Shown here: positions 9,902 through 19,144 of the stretch, one piece after another | How the letters are laid out: the number at the start of each line of letters is the position of its first letter | How positions within the stretch are numbered: position 1 is the stretch's first letter | NCBI GenBank assembly: GCA_035461175.1 | Contig: DATHVR010000151.1 | Coordinates: forward strand, 5,971-69,970 | Length of the DNA stretch: 64,000 nt | Direction of reading: 5' to 3' | DNA from: Acidimicrobiia bacterium | GTDB lineage: Bacteria; Actinomycetota; Acidimicrobiia; Spongiisociales; ZC4RG35 | Translations under genes and position numbers: made by a program | Notes under the pieces: model-generated | The model's database searches: none | What the model was told of the DNA's origin: nothing | Seen by the model: only the letters and a program-made list of their open reading frames with translations

Positions 9902-10816
9902 ATGGTCAGCCGTCCTCACACTCGACTTCTCTCGACCAGCCATGGCACCAATCGTGAGGCCTTCTCCGTAACTGACTGGGCCCTGTTCCTGACGCTGGTT
10001 CTGATCTGGGGTGGATCGTTCCTCTTCATGGCCATCGGTCTCGACCACTTCCATCCGGGCCTGGTGACGTTCCTGCGGGTCGGATTCGGTGCCGCCACTC
10101 TCGCCCTGATCCCTCGCGCCCGGCACACCCCGATCGCCCAGGAAGATTGGCCCCGGGTGATCGTGCTGGGCGTCATCTGGATCGCCCTCCCACTCACCTT
10201 CTTTCCCATCGCCCAGCAATGGATCAACTCGGCGGTGGCGGGGATGCTCAACGGCGCCATGCCCATCTTCACCGCACTGGTATCGGTCGCCCTCCTGCGT
10301 GAACTGCCGGGCCGTCGCCAGTCCTTCGGCCTGGTGATCGGATTTGCCGGCATCGCCGCCATCTCGATCCCTTCGGCGGGTGGCGAGAGCACAGCGGTGG
10401 TCGGCGTCGCCCTCGTTTTGGCCGCCACCATCTGTTACGCCTTCGCCACCAACATCGTCGCCCCCCTCCAGCAGAAGTACGGGTCGCTGGCCGTGCTCGC
10501 CCGCGTGCAGTGGGTGGCGGTGCTGTTGGTGGTTCCGTATGGAGCGGTGGGACTGGGCCCGTCGGAGTTCGCCTGGTCCTCGTTGTTGGCGGCACTGGCC
10601 GTTGGGGTGCTGGGAACCGGCCTCGCCTTCGTGTTGATGGGCACTCTGGCCGGGCGGGTGGGCGCAACCCGAGCCTCCTTCATCACCTACGTCATCCCGG
10701 TGGTGGCCCTGGTGCTCGGGGTGGTCTTCCGCAGCGACCAGGTGTCACCGATCGCAGTCGTCGGAGTCTTGTTGGTGATCGTCGGAGCCTTTCTCGCCTC
10801 CCGGCGCGAGCTCTAG
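9902..10816 (+). CDS. EamA/DMT-family membrane transporter
   Basis: About 10 predicted TM helices in two EamA-like halves. The true start is probably a GTG/ATG downstream of 9902. Confidence 0.65.
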   Translation: MVSRPHTRLLSTSHGTNREAFSVTDWALFLTLVLIWGGSFLFMAIGLDHFHPGLVTFLRVGFGAATLALIPRARHTPIAQEDWPRVIVLGVIWIALPLTFFPIAQQWINSAVAGMLNGAMPIFTALVSVALLRELPGRRQSFGLVIGFAGIAAISIPSAGGESTAVVGVALVLAATICYAFATNIVAPLQQKYGSLAVLARVQWVAVLLVVPYGAVGLGPSEFAWSSLLAALAVGVLGTGLAFVLMGTLAGRVGATRASFITYVIPVVALVLGVVFRSDQVSPIAVVGVLLVIVGAFLASRREL

Positions 10817-10817
10817 C

Positions 10818-11837
10818 TCACACCGGAACCGAGCTGGCCCCCATCCGGTCGACCAGCCTCTCACCCGGCTTCAGGGGGAAGTGACAGGCGACCCGGTGGC
10901 CCTCACCGACCTCGCCCAGCGCGGGTGTCTCCAGGGCGCATCTCTCCACCGCGATCGGGCAGCGGGTACGGAAACGGCAGCCACTGGGCGGGCTGGCCGG
11001 GGAGGGGAGATCGCCGGCCAACACAATGCGCCGGCGAGCCCGCTCCACCACCGGGTCGGCGACGGGAACCGCCGAGAGCAAGGCGTGGGTGTAGGGGTGG
11101 GCGGGGGCCGAATAGACATCTGTGCTGCTGCCGGATTCCACCGTTCGCCCCAGGTACATGACGATCACCCGGTCCGAGACGTGGCGCACTACCGCCAAAT
11201 CGTGGGCGATGAACAAGTAGGCGGGACCCATCGTCGCCTGAATCTCTTCGAGCAGGTTCAGGACCTGGGATTGGATCGAGACGTCGAGAGCCGACACCGG
11301 TTCGTCGAGAACGACCAGATCGGGATTCAATGCCAGAGCACGGGCGATCCCCACCCGCTGTCGCTGGCCTCCCGAGAACTCGTGGGGATACCGGTTCCCG
11401 TGCTCAGGCGAGAGGCCCACGGCTTCCATCAGCTCACCCGCCCGCTCCCGGGCCTCGCTCCCCCGCATCCCATGGATCACCAACGGCTCGGCCACCGTGT
11501 CCCGCACCGGTATTCGGGGGTTGAGGCTGGCATAGGGGTCCTGGAACACCATCTGCATCCGGCGGCGCAGTTCGCGTAGGCGCTCGGGCGACGCCTCGAT
11601 CAGGTCCTCGCCCCTGAATAGCACCTCTCCCCCGGTCGGCTCGACGAGTCGCAGAATCGACCGTCCCAGGGTCGTCTTCCCACACCCGGATTCCCCCACG
11701 ACGCCCACAGTTTCCCCCGTCTTCACTTCGAGGTCGATTCCATCGACGGCGTAGATCGTGCCCACTTGACGCCGCAACAGACCCGCCCTCACGGGGAAGT
11801 GAGTCTCGAGACCTCGAACGGATAGCAGCGGTTCCAC
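10818..11837 (-). CDS. oppF: Oligopeptide/dipeptide ABC transporter ATP-binding protein
   Basis: Walker [13 protein letters not shown] signature FSGGQRQRV, Walker [12 protein letters not shown], and an Opp-type C-terminal extension with Cys residues. Confidence 0.85.
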   Translation of the reverse strand: MEPLLSVRGLETHFPVRAGLLRRQVGTIYAVDGIDLEVKTGETVGVVGESGCGKTTLGRSILRLVEPTGGEVLFRGEDLIEASPERLRELRRRMQMVFQDPYASLNPRIPVRDTVAEPLVIHGMRGSEARERAGELMEAVGLSPEHGNRYPHEFSGGQRQRVGIARALALNPDLVVLDEPVSALDVSIQSQVLNLLEEIQATMGPAYLFIAHDLAVVRHVSDRVIVMYLGRTVESGSSTDVYSAPAHPYTHALLSAVPVADPVVERARRRIVLAGDLPSPASPPSGCRFRTRCPIAVERCALETPALGEVGEGHRVACHFPLKPGERLVDRMGASSVPV

Positions 11838-12896
11838 TCACCCCACCCCTTCCAGGTCCTCCGCCAGGACTCGGTCCACGTGATGACAGCGCACCGCGTG
11901 TCCGACCGCGACCTCGGCGAGGGGCGGCAGTGTCTCGGCGCAGATCTCGGTGGCGTACCCACATCGTGGCCGGAAGGGACATCCTCGAGGACGGAGGATC
12001 GCCGAGGGGGGAGCGCCCGGGATGGAGAAGAGGGGGGCATCACCAGTTCTCTCGATTCGGGGAAGTGAACGGAGAAGCCCTTGGGTGTAGGGGCTTGCCC
12101 CCTCGGCGAATATGTGTCGGGTGGGTCCGGATTCGAGGAACCGGCCCCCGTACATGACCTGGACCCGGTCGGCGGTGCCTGCCACCAGCCCGAGATCGTG
12201 GGTGATGAGAATCAACGCCGAACCGACCTCTTGCTGGACCTGGCGCATCACCTCCATCACCTGCGCTTGGATGGTGACATCGAGAGCCGTGGTGGGCTCG
12301 TCGGCGATGACGAGCCGGGGCCGGTTGGCCATGGCGATGGCAATGACGATGCGCTGACGCATTCCGCCCGAGAACTCGTGCGGATACTGGTCGATTCTTC
12401 GCCCCGGCTCGGGAATCCCCACCATCTCGAGAAGATCGAGAGCCTCATCACGTGCCTCGTCGCGATCCAGATCCTGGTGCTGGCGGAGCATCTCGGTGAT
12501 CTGGTCTCCCACCGTGAAGACCGGATTGAGGGAGGTCATCGGGTCCTGGAAGATCATCGCCAGATCGGACCCACGGCGACGACGCATCTCCCGCTCGGAT
12601 GCGCCCCGCAACTCGACACCGTCGAAGCGGATCGATCCCGCCACCTGCGCCCGCCTCGGGAGCAGACCCATCAGAGCCAAGCCGGTCACCGACTTGCCCG
12701 AGCCTGACTCTCCCACGATCCCGAGCACCTCCCCGGATGCCACCGAAAAGGAAATGTCCTCGACGGCATGCACGACTCCTTCGTCGGTCGGGAACCTGAC
12801 CGACAGACCCGACACTTCGAGCAGGGTGGTTCGAGGCGGATCGGCCGCCATGCCACTGGCCCGGCCTCCCGGATCGGGCGTCACCTTCCCCGTCAC
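11838..12896 (-). CDS. oppD: Oligopeptide/dipeptide ABC transporter ATP-binding protein
   Basis: Walker A GESGSGKSV, signature FSGGMRQRI, Walker B IADEPTTALD. The start may be the internal MAADPP. Confidence 0.85.
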   Translation of the reverse strand: MTGKVTPDPGGRASGMAADPPRTTLLEVSGLSVRFPTDEGVVHAVEDISFSVASGEVLGIVGESGSGKSVTGLALMGLLPRRAQVAGSIRFDGVELRGASEREMRRRRGSDLAMIFQDPMTSLNPVFTVGDQITEMLRQHQDLDRDEARDEALDLLEMVGIPEPGRRIDQYPHEFSGGMRQRIVIAIAMANRPRLVIADEPTTALDVTIQAQVMEVMRQVQQEVGSALILITHDLGLVAGTADRVQVMYGGRFLESGPTRHIFAEGASPYTQGLLRSLPRIERTGDAPLFSIPGAPPSAILRPRGCPFRPRCGYATEICAETLPPLAEVAVGHAVRCHHVDRVLAEDLEGVG

Positions 12897-13813
12897 CGCT
12901 GCCCCGCCGGGTCGAGGGCATCACGCAGTCCGTCGCCGATGAAGTTGACGCCCAGCGTGATAAACACCGCCACCGCCCCCGGAAAGAGGATGCGGGATGG
13001 GACCGTGTCGATGGCACCCTTGGCCTCGTTGATGAGATTGCCCAGAGTCGGAATCGGGAACTGCACGCCGAGTCCGAGGAAGGAAACCGTCGACTCGAGG
13101 ATGATGGCGGTTCCCACCAGCAGAGTCATCTCCACCACAATCGGGCCGATGGCGTTGGGAAGGATGTGCCGGAACATGATCCGCGGCGCCTTGGCTCCGG
13201 CCGCCCGAGCCGCCTGGACGAAGTCCGCCTCCCGGGTGGACAGGAACAGCCCCCGCACCACCCGTGCGATCCGCACCCACAGCAGTCCCGCCAGAATGAG
13301 CGCCAGGGCCCACGGGCCCGAACCCCAGCGCAGAGCGAGGACGAGGAGGACGGCCAGAGCCGGCACCACCAGGACAAGATTGATGAACTGGGACACGGCC
13401 GCATCCACCCACCCCCCGAAATAGCCCGAGAAGGCACCGAGCAAAGTGCCGAAGGCGGTCGCGACGACAGCGACCAACAGAGCAATCCGAATCGAAAATC
13501 GACCGCCCATGAAGGTGCGGACCATCAAGTCGCGCCCGATCTGGTCGGTTCCGAACGGATGCTCCCACGAGGGCCCCTGGCGAAGATCCGGGGTCAACTG
13601 GTCGAACTCGTAGGGTGAGAGAGCAGGGACGATCCAGAAGGCGGCCACGAGGATGCCCAACACCGCAACAGAGACCATTGCCACCCGGTGGTGACGGAAT
13701 CGATCCCACACCTGGCGGGCGAAGCTGCGCGCCTCCGGGGAGAGCGAGGGCTCCAGTCCCGCGCCGGCCGTCTCGCCCTCGACCGTGATCGACGCGGCGT
13801 AATCCTCAGTCAT
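12893..13813 (-). CDS. oppC: Peptide ABC transporter permease
   Basis: BPD-transporter permease fold with the EAA-like motif READFVQAARAAGA. Overlaps neighbouring genes by a few nt. Confidence 0.85.
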   Translation of the reverse strand: MTEDYAASITVEGETAGAGLEPSLSPEARSFARQVWDRFRHHRVAMVSVAVLGILVAAFWIVPALSPYEFDQLTPDLRQGPSWEHPFGTDQIGRDLMVRTFMGGRFSIRIALLVAVVATAFGTLLGAFSGYFGGWVDAAVSQFINLVLVVPALAVLLVLALRWGSGPWALALILAGLLWVRIARVVRGLFLSTREADFVQAARAAGAKAPRIMFRHILPNAIGPIVVEMTLLVGTAIILESTVSFLGLGVQFPIPTLGNLINEAKGAIDTVPSRILFPGAVAVFITLGVNFIGDGLRDALDPAGQR

Positions 13814-14765
13814 ACCGGACCCGCGGATCGAGGAAGCCGTAGAGGAGGTCGGCGACCAGGTTGAAGGCCACGGTTATGACGGCGATGAACATGACCACGC
13901 CCATTACCAGGTCGAGATCCTGGGCGGTGAGCGAACTGATGAGAAGCTGGCCCAGTCCGGGCCAGGCGAAAATCGTCTCGGTGATGACGGAACCGCCGAG
14001 GAGAGCCGAGAAATCCAGCGCCCACAGCGTAACGATCGGAATCATGGCGTTGCGGAGGGCGTGAACGAATACCACCTTCCGTTCCGACAGCCCCTTTGAG
14101 CGTGCCATGCGGATGTAGTCGGCGTTGATCACCTCCAGCATCGAGGCCCGCCCGAACCTGCTCTCGGTGGCCACGATCACGAGGGCCAGGGTGGCTATGG
14201 GCAGGGTGGCCGAGGCGACGTAGTCCTGCCAGGAGTCGAGGTGCATCCCGGTCACGTAGAAGGGCTTGGTCCCAGTCCAGTCCTGCCACCAGACTCCGAA
14301 GGCGACCTGAAGCAGCAGGCCGAAGAAGAAGGTGGGCATCGAGATCCCAAGGAAAGAGCCCCCGGTCACCAGGTAGTCGGCGAGCGAGTACTGGCGGACG
14401 GCGGAGATGACCGACAGGACCATGGCTGTGATGGCAATCAGGACGAAGGCCGGCACCGCCAGCAGCGCGGTGTTCCAGGCTCGCTCGAACAGGATCGGCG
14501 CCACCGGCTGTTGGCCCAGCGACGTAGAAATGCCCAGGTCTCCCTGGACGGCCGAGCCGATCCATCCCAGGAACCGAACCGGAATCGGCTGGTCGAGGTC
14601 GTAGAGGTCGATGATGCGGTCGTAGGCGGCCTGGTCGCAGTTGGTGCAGGTGGCAAGGCGAGCCAGGGGGTCGTTGGCGACCGACACCAGCACGTAGACG
14701 AGAAAGGTCGCCCCCACGAGCACGGGGAGAGTGGCGGCGATGCGCCGGACGGCGTAGGTCAGCAT
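13806..14765 (-). CDS. oppB: Peptide ABC transporter permease
   Basis: DppB/OppB-like permease: six TM helices and the motif MARSKGLSERKVVFVHALRNA. Confidence 0.85.
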   Translation of the reverse strand: MLTYAVRRIAATLPVLVGATFLVYVLVSVANDPLARLATCTNCDQAAYDRIIDLYDLDQPIPVRFLGWIGSAVQGDLGISTSLGQQPVAPILFERAWNTALLAVPAFVLIAITAMVLSVISAVRQYSLADYLVTGGSFLGISMPTFFFGLLLQVAFGVWWQDWTGTKPFYVTGMHLDSWQDYVASATLPIATLALVIVATESRFGRASMLEVINADYIRMARSKGLSERKVVFVHALRNAMIPIVTLWALDFSALLGGSVITETIFAWPGLGQLLISSLTAQDLDLVMGVVMFIAVITVAFNLVADLLYGFLDPRVRYD

Positions 14766-14972
14766 GAGACCGGATCGGACACGCCCGTCTTATGCCCCTT
14801 CGCCTGATCCCATTTCACGACCACCCGCCCGAGCTCAATCACCACGCTCCACGGCTCCACCCACCACCCACGACTCCCGGCGGAGCCGGCAATGCCGTGA
14901 CATGCCCACCCCGCTATCGGGCATGAACGCGCCGCGGGGATCACCCCGCCCCGAGCGAGACAGGAGACAGAG

Positions 14973-16892
14973 ATGCGACAACGATGGCTCATCGCAATCA
15001 CCGCCCTGGCGGTGGTGCTGACGGCCTGCGGTCAGGCCGAGCCCGCCGACACCACCGCCGGCGAGGCTGGGGGCACGACTATGGCGCCCGATGACACCAG
15101 CCCCACCACCATGGCGCCGGACGGGGCGCCGGCAACGACCGCCGCCCCGACCGGAGGGGACTACTGCGACGGGCGAGAGGGTGAACTGATCTGGGCCCAC
15201 GAGCAGGAGCCCCCGGACATGCACCTCAACGACCCCAACAACAATCTGTCGATCACCAGCTACATATGGCAAGCGCTGTGGGAGGACCTCTACGGTGTCA
15301 CCAACGACATCGGCTTCTACCCCGAGTTGCTCGCCGAGGAGGCCACCGTGTCGGAGAACGGCGACGGTTCCGTCACGATCTCCCATCGCCTCCGGGACGG
15401 GCTGACGTGGTCGGATGGTGAACCCCTCACCTCCGATGATGTCGAGTTCACCTACGAGGTCCTGATGGACGGCTACGACCCCGACTCGGGCGGCGGTACC
15501 TACCTCATTACTTCCCGCCAGGGATACGACCAGATAACCGACTTCAACGTCATCTCTCCCACCGAGTTCGAAATCACCTACGAGCCGTTCTTCGCCGGAT
15601 GGAAGTCGTTGTTCACCAACGTCTTCCCCGCCCACGCCTTCGGCGACGACGCCGACGCAGACACCGTGAACGAGATGCAACGCACCTGGACCGGCGCCAA
15701 CGGCGCCCCGCTCCCGTCCTCGGGGCCGATGGTGTTCGAGAGCTGGGACCAGGGTGTGTCCATGCATCTGGTCCGCAACGACAGATACCACGGCTCGATC
15801 AGCCCCGAGGCCGTCAACCGAGGACCGGCCTGTGTGAGTGGCGTCCGCATCAACTGGGTGGCGGACACCGACGCTCAGGTCAACTCATTGAAGGCAGGGG
15901 AGGCGCATGTGGTCTTCACTCAGCCCCAACTCGCCTTCGAAGAGATCAGCGGCGACGACGCCTTCACCGTGGCTGCGTCCCCGGGGCCGATCTACGAGCA
16001 CTGGGGAATCAACCTGCTCAACCCGCACCTGGCCAAGCCGGAAGTGCGCGAGGCGCTCGCCTTCGCCCTCGACAAGGCACAGGTGATCGAAACCCTGTAC
16101 GCCCCCATCCTGGGAGACGTCCTCGATCCGGCCGGACTCGGCAACACGATGTGGATGGCCAACCAGCCCGTCTACGAGGATCACCAGACTCCCGAGGGCT
16201 ACGGACTGGGCGACGTCGAGTCGGCTCGCGCCGCCCTCGAGTCAGCCGGGTACAGCGCAGAAAGCGACGGGATTTACGCCCACCCCGACGACGGACGGCT
16301 GACTCTGCGAGTAGGGACCACCGGCGGTAACGCCCTCCGCGAGCTACAGCAGCAGATCATCCAGGCCCAGATGAAAGAGGCCGGAATCGAAATCACCATC
16401 GACAATGTGCCCGGGTCGGATTACTTCACGAACCGGCCATTCTCGGCGGACAACCTGCTGGCTTCGGCTTCCGGCGGCGAGCTGGGCGATCCGAACCTGG
16501 TGGACATAATGCAGTTCGCCTGGGTGGGAGGCCCCTGGCCCGGTGGCCAGCTGTCCTCCTACCTGTCGGGAGGAATCGTGGAGGACGCCGAGGGCAATCC
16601 GGTTCCGGCCACCGGCAACCCCTACGGGTTCCGGAACGAGACCTTCGACGCTCTGGCGGCGCAGTGCAATGCCACCATCGACGACGAGGAAAGGGCCGCG
16701 TGTTACAACGAAGTCGATACCTACGTGACGACTCTCGGACCGGATCCGGACCAGGGCCTGTTCATGCTGCCGATCACACAGAAGCCAGACTTCTTCGCCT
16801 ACAGCAACCAGGCGTTGGCGAAGGGGGCGGTGGCGCCCGACGCCAACACGGCCGGTCCACTGGCCAACGTCGTGGACTTCGTCCTGCGTTGA
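14973..16892 (+). CDS. ABC transporter substrate-binding lipoprotein, family 5 (peptide/nickel)
   Basis: Lipoprotein signal (LTAC), a Thr/Pro-rich linker, then an SBP_bac_5-like domain. Transcribed divergently from oppBCDF. Confidence 0.8.
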   Translation: MRQRWLIAITALAVVLTACGQAEPADTTAGEAGGTTMAPDDTSPTTMAPDGAPATTAAPTGGDYCDGREGELIWAHEQEPPDMHLNDPNNNLSITSYIWQALWEDLYGVTNDIGFYPELLAEEATVSENGDGSVTISHRLRDGLTWSDGEPLTSDDVEFTYEVLMDGYDPDSGGGTYLITSRQGYDQITDFNVISPTEFEITYEPFFAGWKSLFTNVFPAHAFGDDADADTVNEMQRTWTGANGAPLPSSGPMVFESWDQGVSMHLVRNDRYHGSISPEAVNRGPACVSGVRINWVADTDAQVNSLKAGEAHVVFTQPQLAFEEISGDDAFTVAASPGPIYEHWGINLLNPHLAKPEVREALAFALDKAQVIETLYAPILGDVLDPAGLGNTMWMANQPVYEDHQTPEGYGLGDVESARAALESAGYSAESDGIYAHPDDGRLTLRVGTTGGNALRELQQQIIQAQMKEAGIEITIDNVPGSDYFTNRPFSADNLLASASGGELGDPNLVDIMQFAWVGGPWPGGQLSSYLSGGIVEDAEGNPVPATGNPYGFRNETFDALAAQCNATIDDEERAACYNEVDTYVTTLGPDPDQGLFMLPITQKPDFFAYSNQALAKGAVAPDANTAGPLANVVDFVLR

Positions 16893-16904
16893 GGGCCGGA
16901 CAAA

Positions 16905-16932
16905 TGAGGGGGCCGTCTCCGGACGGCCCCCT
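16905..16932 (+). terminator. GC-rich hairpin (12-bp stem, 4-nt loop) after the substrate-binding-protein gene
   Basis: GAGGGGGCCGTC-TCCG-GACGGCCCCCTC is a perfect hairpin 12 nt after the stop codon. It has no T-tract. Confidence 0.5.
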
Positions 16933-16980
16933 CTCGAATTCCTCGACAATCCGACATGCCGACGGGTCGGCGCGCATAGA

Positions 16981-17583
16981 TTGGACGTGGTGGATCGCAG
17001 CGATGCCCAACTGCTGGAAGCAGCAGCCGCGGGAGATGCGCAGTCCTACGCGCTCTTCTTCCGTCGGCATGTCGACTCGGTCACCCGTTACGCAATGCGC
17101 CGCTGCAACGGCCCCGAGGACGTCGCCGACCTCGTCGGCGAGTGCTTCCTGGTCGCCCTGCAGGCGGCAAGCCGCTATCGACCCGAGACGGACACCGCGC
17201 TCCCCTGGCTCTTTGGGATCGCCCGACGTCTCGTTGCCAGGCAACGGCGACGCACCGCCAGTCGCCGGCGTCTGCTCGCCAAGACCTCGAACGTGTTTCC
17301 TCGTTTCTCCGAGTCCGAAGCCGACGCAGTCGCCCGCGCCATCGATGCGTCCCGCCAGGCGCCGGCTCTCGAGCGGGCACTGGCCCGGCTCAGCTCTTCG
17401 GAACGCGAGGTCTTACTGCTGGTCGCCTTCGATGGCGTGTCACCCTCAGAAGCGGCCATCGCGCTGGGGATCACTCCCAACGCCGCTCGGCTCCGCCTCT
17501 CCCGCGCCCGCAAGACGGTAAAGGATGCGCTGGCTGTCGACCCTTCGCTTCCCCTGGATCCCGAGGCAACCTATGCCATCTGA
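16981..17583 (+). CDS. ECF-type RNA polymerase sigma-70 family factor
   Basis: Region 2 motif (FFRRHVDSVTRYAMRR...DLVGECFL) and region 4 helix-turn-helix (EREVLLLVAFDGVSPSEAAIALGITPNAARLRLSRAR). Start codon is ambiguous (TTG or GTG). Confidence 0.8.
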   Translation: MDVVDRSDAQLLEAAAAGDAQSYALFFRRHVDSVTRYAMRRCNGPEDVADLVGECFLVALQAASRYRPETDTALPWLFGIARRLVARQRRRTASRRRLLAKTSNVFPRFSESEADAVARAIDASRQAPALERALARLSSSEREVLLLVAFDGVSPSEAAIALGITPNAARLRLSRARKTVKDALAVDPSLPLDPEATYAI

Positions 17584-18052
17584 GCTGCGACGACCTCCGA
17601 TCCCTGATCTGTCCGACTGGAGCGGCCGGCTCGAACGAGAACTGGTGGCATCGGTGCGTCCGACGAAGCGCACGCTGATTCGACCTCAGATCATGGAACG
17701 AGTTCTGCGGATCAGCCGCAGCATCGCCCGGCCCGCCGGACACGGTGTCGCCGCAGTAGCGGCATCACTGGTGGTAGTGACGTCGCTGTCGGTGCCTGCT
17801 CCGGTTCAACGCTCCGCCGTCACGACGCCACCACCTCTGCCGGCACTAGATCAGTCCATCGCGATCATCCCGACACAGTCAGCGGGATTCGTCGCCCTGC
17901 TGCCCCCGGAGGATGCGGCCGCCGTCAGAAGCTCTGACATCCAACTCACCCGGAGCGCATTAACTGAGGCACCGCAGAGCGATGCTCCTGCGGTCCCCAC
18001 GCCGGACGGCGGAGGGTGGGCGGAAGCCACCCTCCGCCCAACGGTCCGCTGA
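17573..18052 (+). CDS. Putative anti-sigma factor (single TM helix)
   Basis: ATG overlaps the sigma gene's 3' end by 11 nt. There is one hydrophobic helix (VAAVAASLVVVTSLSV) and a Pro/Ala-rich extracytoplasmic tail. No motif identifies a specific family. Confidence 0.45.
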   Translation: MPSELRRPPIPDLSDWSGRLERELVASVRPTKRTLIRPQIMERVLRISRSIARPAGHGVAAVAASLVVVTSLSVPAPVQRSAVTTPPPLPALDQSIAIIPTQSAGFVALLPPEDAAAVRSSDIQLTRSALTEAPQSDAPAVPTPDGGGWAEATLRPTVR

Positions 18053-18055
18053 CGG

Positions 18056-18988
18056 CTAGCTGTGACAACCGGGGACGTTGTCCTTGGCGGCGGCCCGACG
18101 CAGGGCCCGAAACATCAGGTGCTGGTCGCCGAGCCGCCGGCGAAGCTCGCGTTCCAGGCCGCCGATCGGGTAGAGGTTCTCGGGCGCCCGGGGATCCTTG
18201 TGGGGGCGGGAGGCGAAACGGGGCAGGGTGGCCGTGACCTGGTCGGCCAGGCGGACCGCGGCGGCGATGTCGACGTCGGCCGCCACCTCGCAGCGCACCA
18301 GGCCCTCGGCGGGGCCCTGGCCGCGGGCCAGCCGCACGTACCACGAGTAGCGCGACCAGGCCCCGGTGGTCAGGAAGAGCGGCGTGCGCCGTCCCACCGC
18401 CAGCCCGTACTTGACGTCCCACAGCTCGGGCGGGAGGTACTCGACGTGCTCACGCTTGATGTATCCCACCGCTCGCTCGACGTGGCGGCGGTGGCTGAGG
18501 GGGCCGTCCACGACCACCAGCGCCACCCCATCCTGGGAAGCGGCTACGACGCCTTCCAGCTCGCCCATCCGTTGCTGGATCCCGAGCCACAACTCCTCCG
18601 GTGTCTGGCCATAGGTAGCCCGGACCTCGTAGCTTCCGCACCGGGTCTCCACGGCCTCGACACCGTGGGCGGCGGTGAAGAGTCCCCGTTCTACCGCCGT
18701 TTCGACCACGGTGGCGTGGCCGTTGGCCCGGACGGCACCGGCGGCGTAAGTGGCGGCCAGACCCAGCCCGGGACGACCCTCGCTCTGTTCGATCCACAGG
18801 TTGGCGTCGACCCGGCGAACCCCGTCGACGAACAGCACATCGTCGAGAGCCGCCGAATCCGGCGCCATGCCGCGCCACTCCCCCGCCGGAACCTCGACAC
18901 CCACGTCGACCCGGGAGCTGGCGTCCTCGAGGTCGGGGTCGACCGGCATCCCGTATTCGGGCGACCACTGGGCCACGGTGAATCTCAT
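18056..18988 (-). CDS. Hypothetical protein directly downstream of sbcDC; possible NurA-like nuclease
   Basis: Taking the MRFTVAQWSPEY start, the protein has two DG-containing beta-strand motifs (LFVDGV at ~55 and ALVVVDGPL at ~161) with acidic residues between them. This spacing is reminiscent of NurA, but it has not been verified. The plus-strand ORF across the same region is Gly/Arg/His-rich junk. Confidence 0.45.
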   Translation of the reverse strand: MRFTVAQWSPEYGMPVDPDLEDASSRVDVGVEVPAGEWRGMAPDSAALDDVLFVDGVRRVDANLWIEQSEGRPGLGLAATYAAGAVRANGHATVVETAVERGLFTAAHGVEAVETRCGSYEVRATYGQTPEELWLGIQQRMGELEGVVAASQDGVALVVVDGPLSHRRHVERAVGYIKREHVEYLPPELWDVKYGLAVGRRTPLFLTTGAWSRYSWYVRLARGQGPAEGLVRCEVAADVDIAAAVRLADQVTATLPRFASRPHKDPRAPENLYPIGGLERELRRRLGDQHLMFRALRRAAAKDNVPGCHS

Positions 18989-19021
18989 ACCGCCCCACCC
19001 ACCCACCGGAATCTCATATCC

Positions 19022-19074
19022 GAGGTCGGAGGTCGGAGGTCAGAATCAGCCAGTCGGAAGTCGGAAGTCGGAAG
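19022..19074. repeat. Two short tandem heptamer arrays, (GAGGTCG)x3 and (GTCGGAA)x3, in the sbcC/nurA-like intergenic region
   Basis: Seen directly in the DNA. On the minus-strand mRNA they read as CCUCCGA and CUUCCGA repeats, i.e. anti-Shine-Dalgarno-like. Confidence 0.6.
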
Positions 19075-19144
19075 CCAGACTGGCGTGCAGATAGCGACCG
19101 AGACGGGTTGATGCTGCACGTCGGTTTCCGAAAACAGGCTGTCA

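Noticed and set aside
18062-19111. 349-aa plus-strand ORF opposite the nurA-like gene
   Set aside because: Composition (G/R/H/D-rich, no hydrophobic core pattern) indicates antisense junk. The minus-strand frame is coupled to sbcC.
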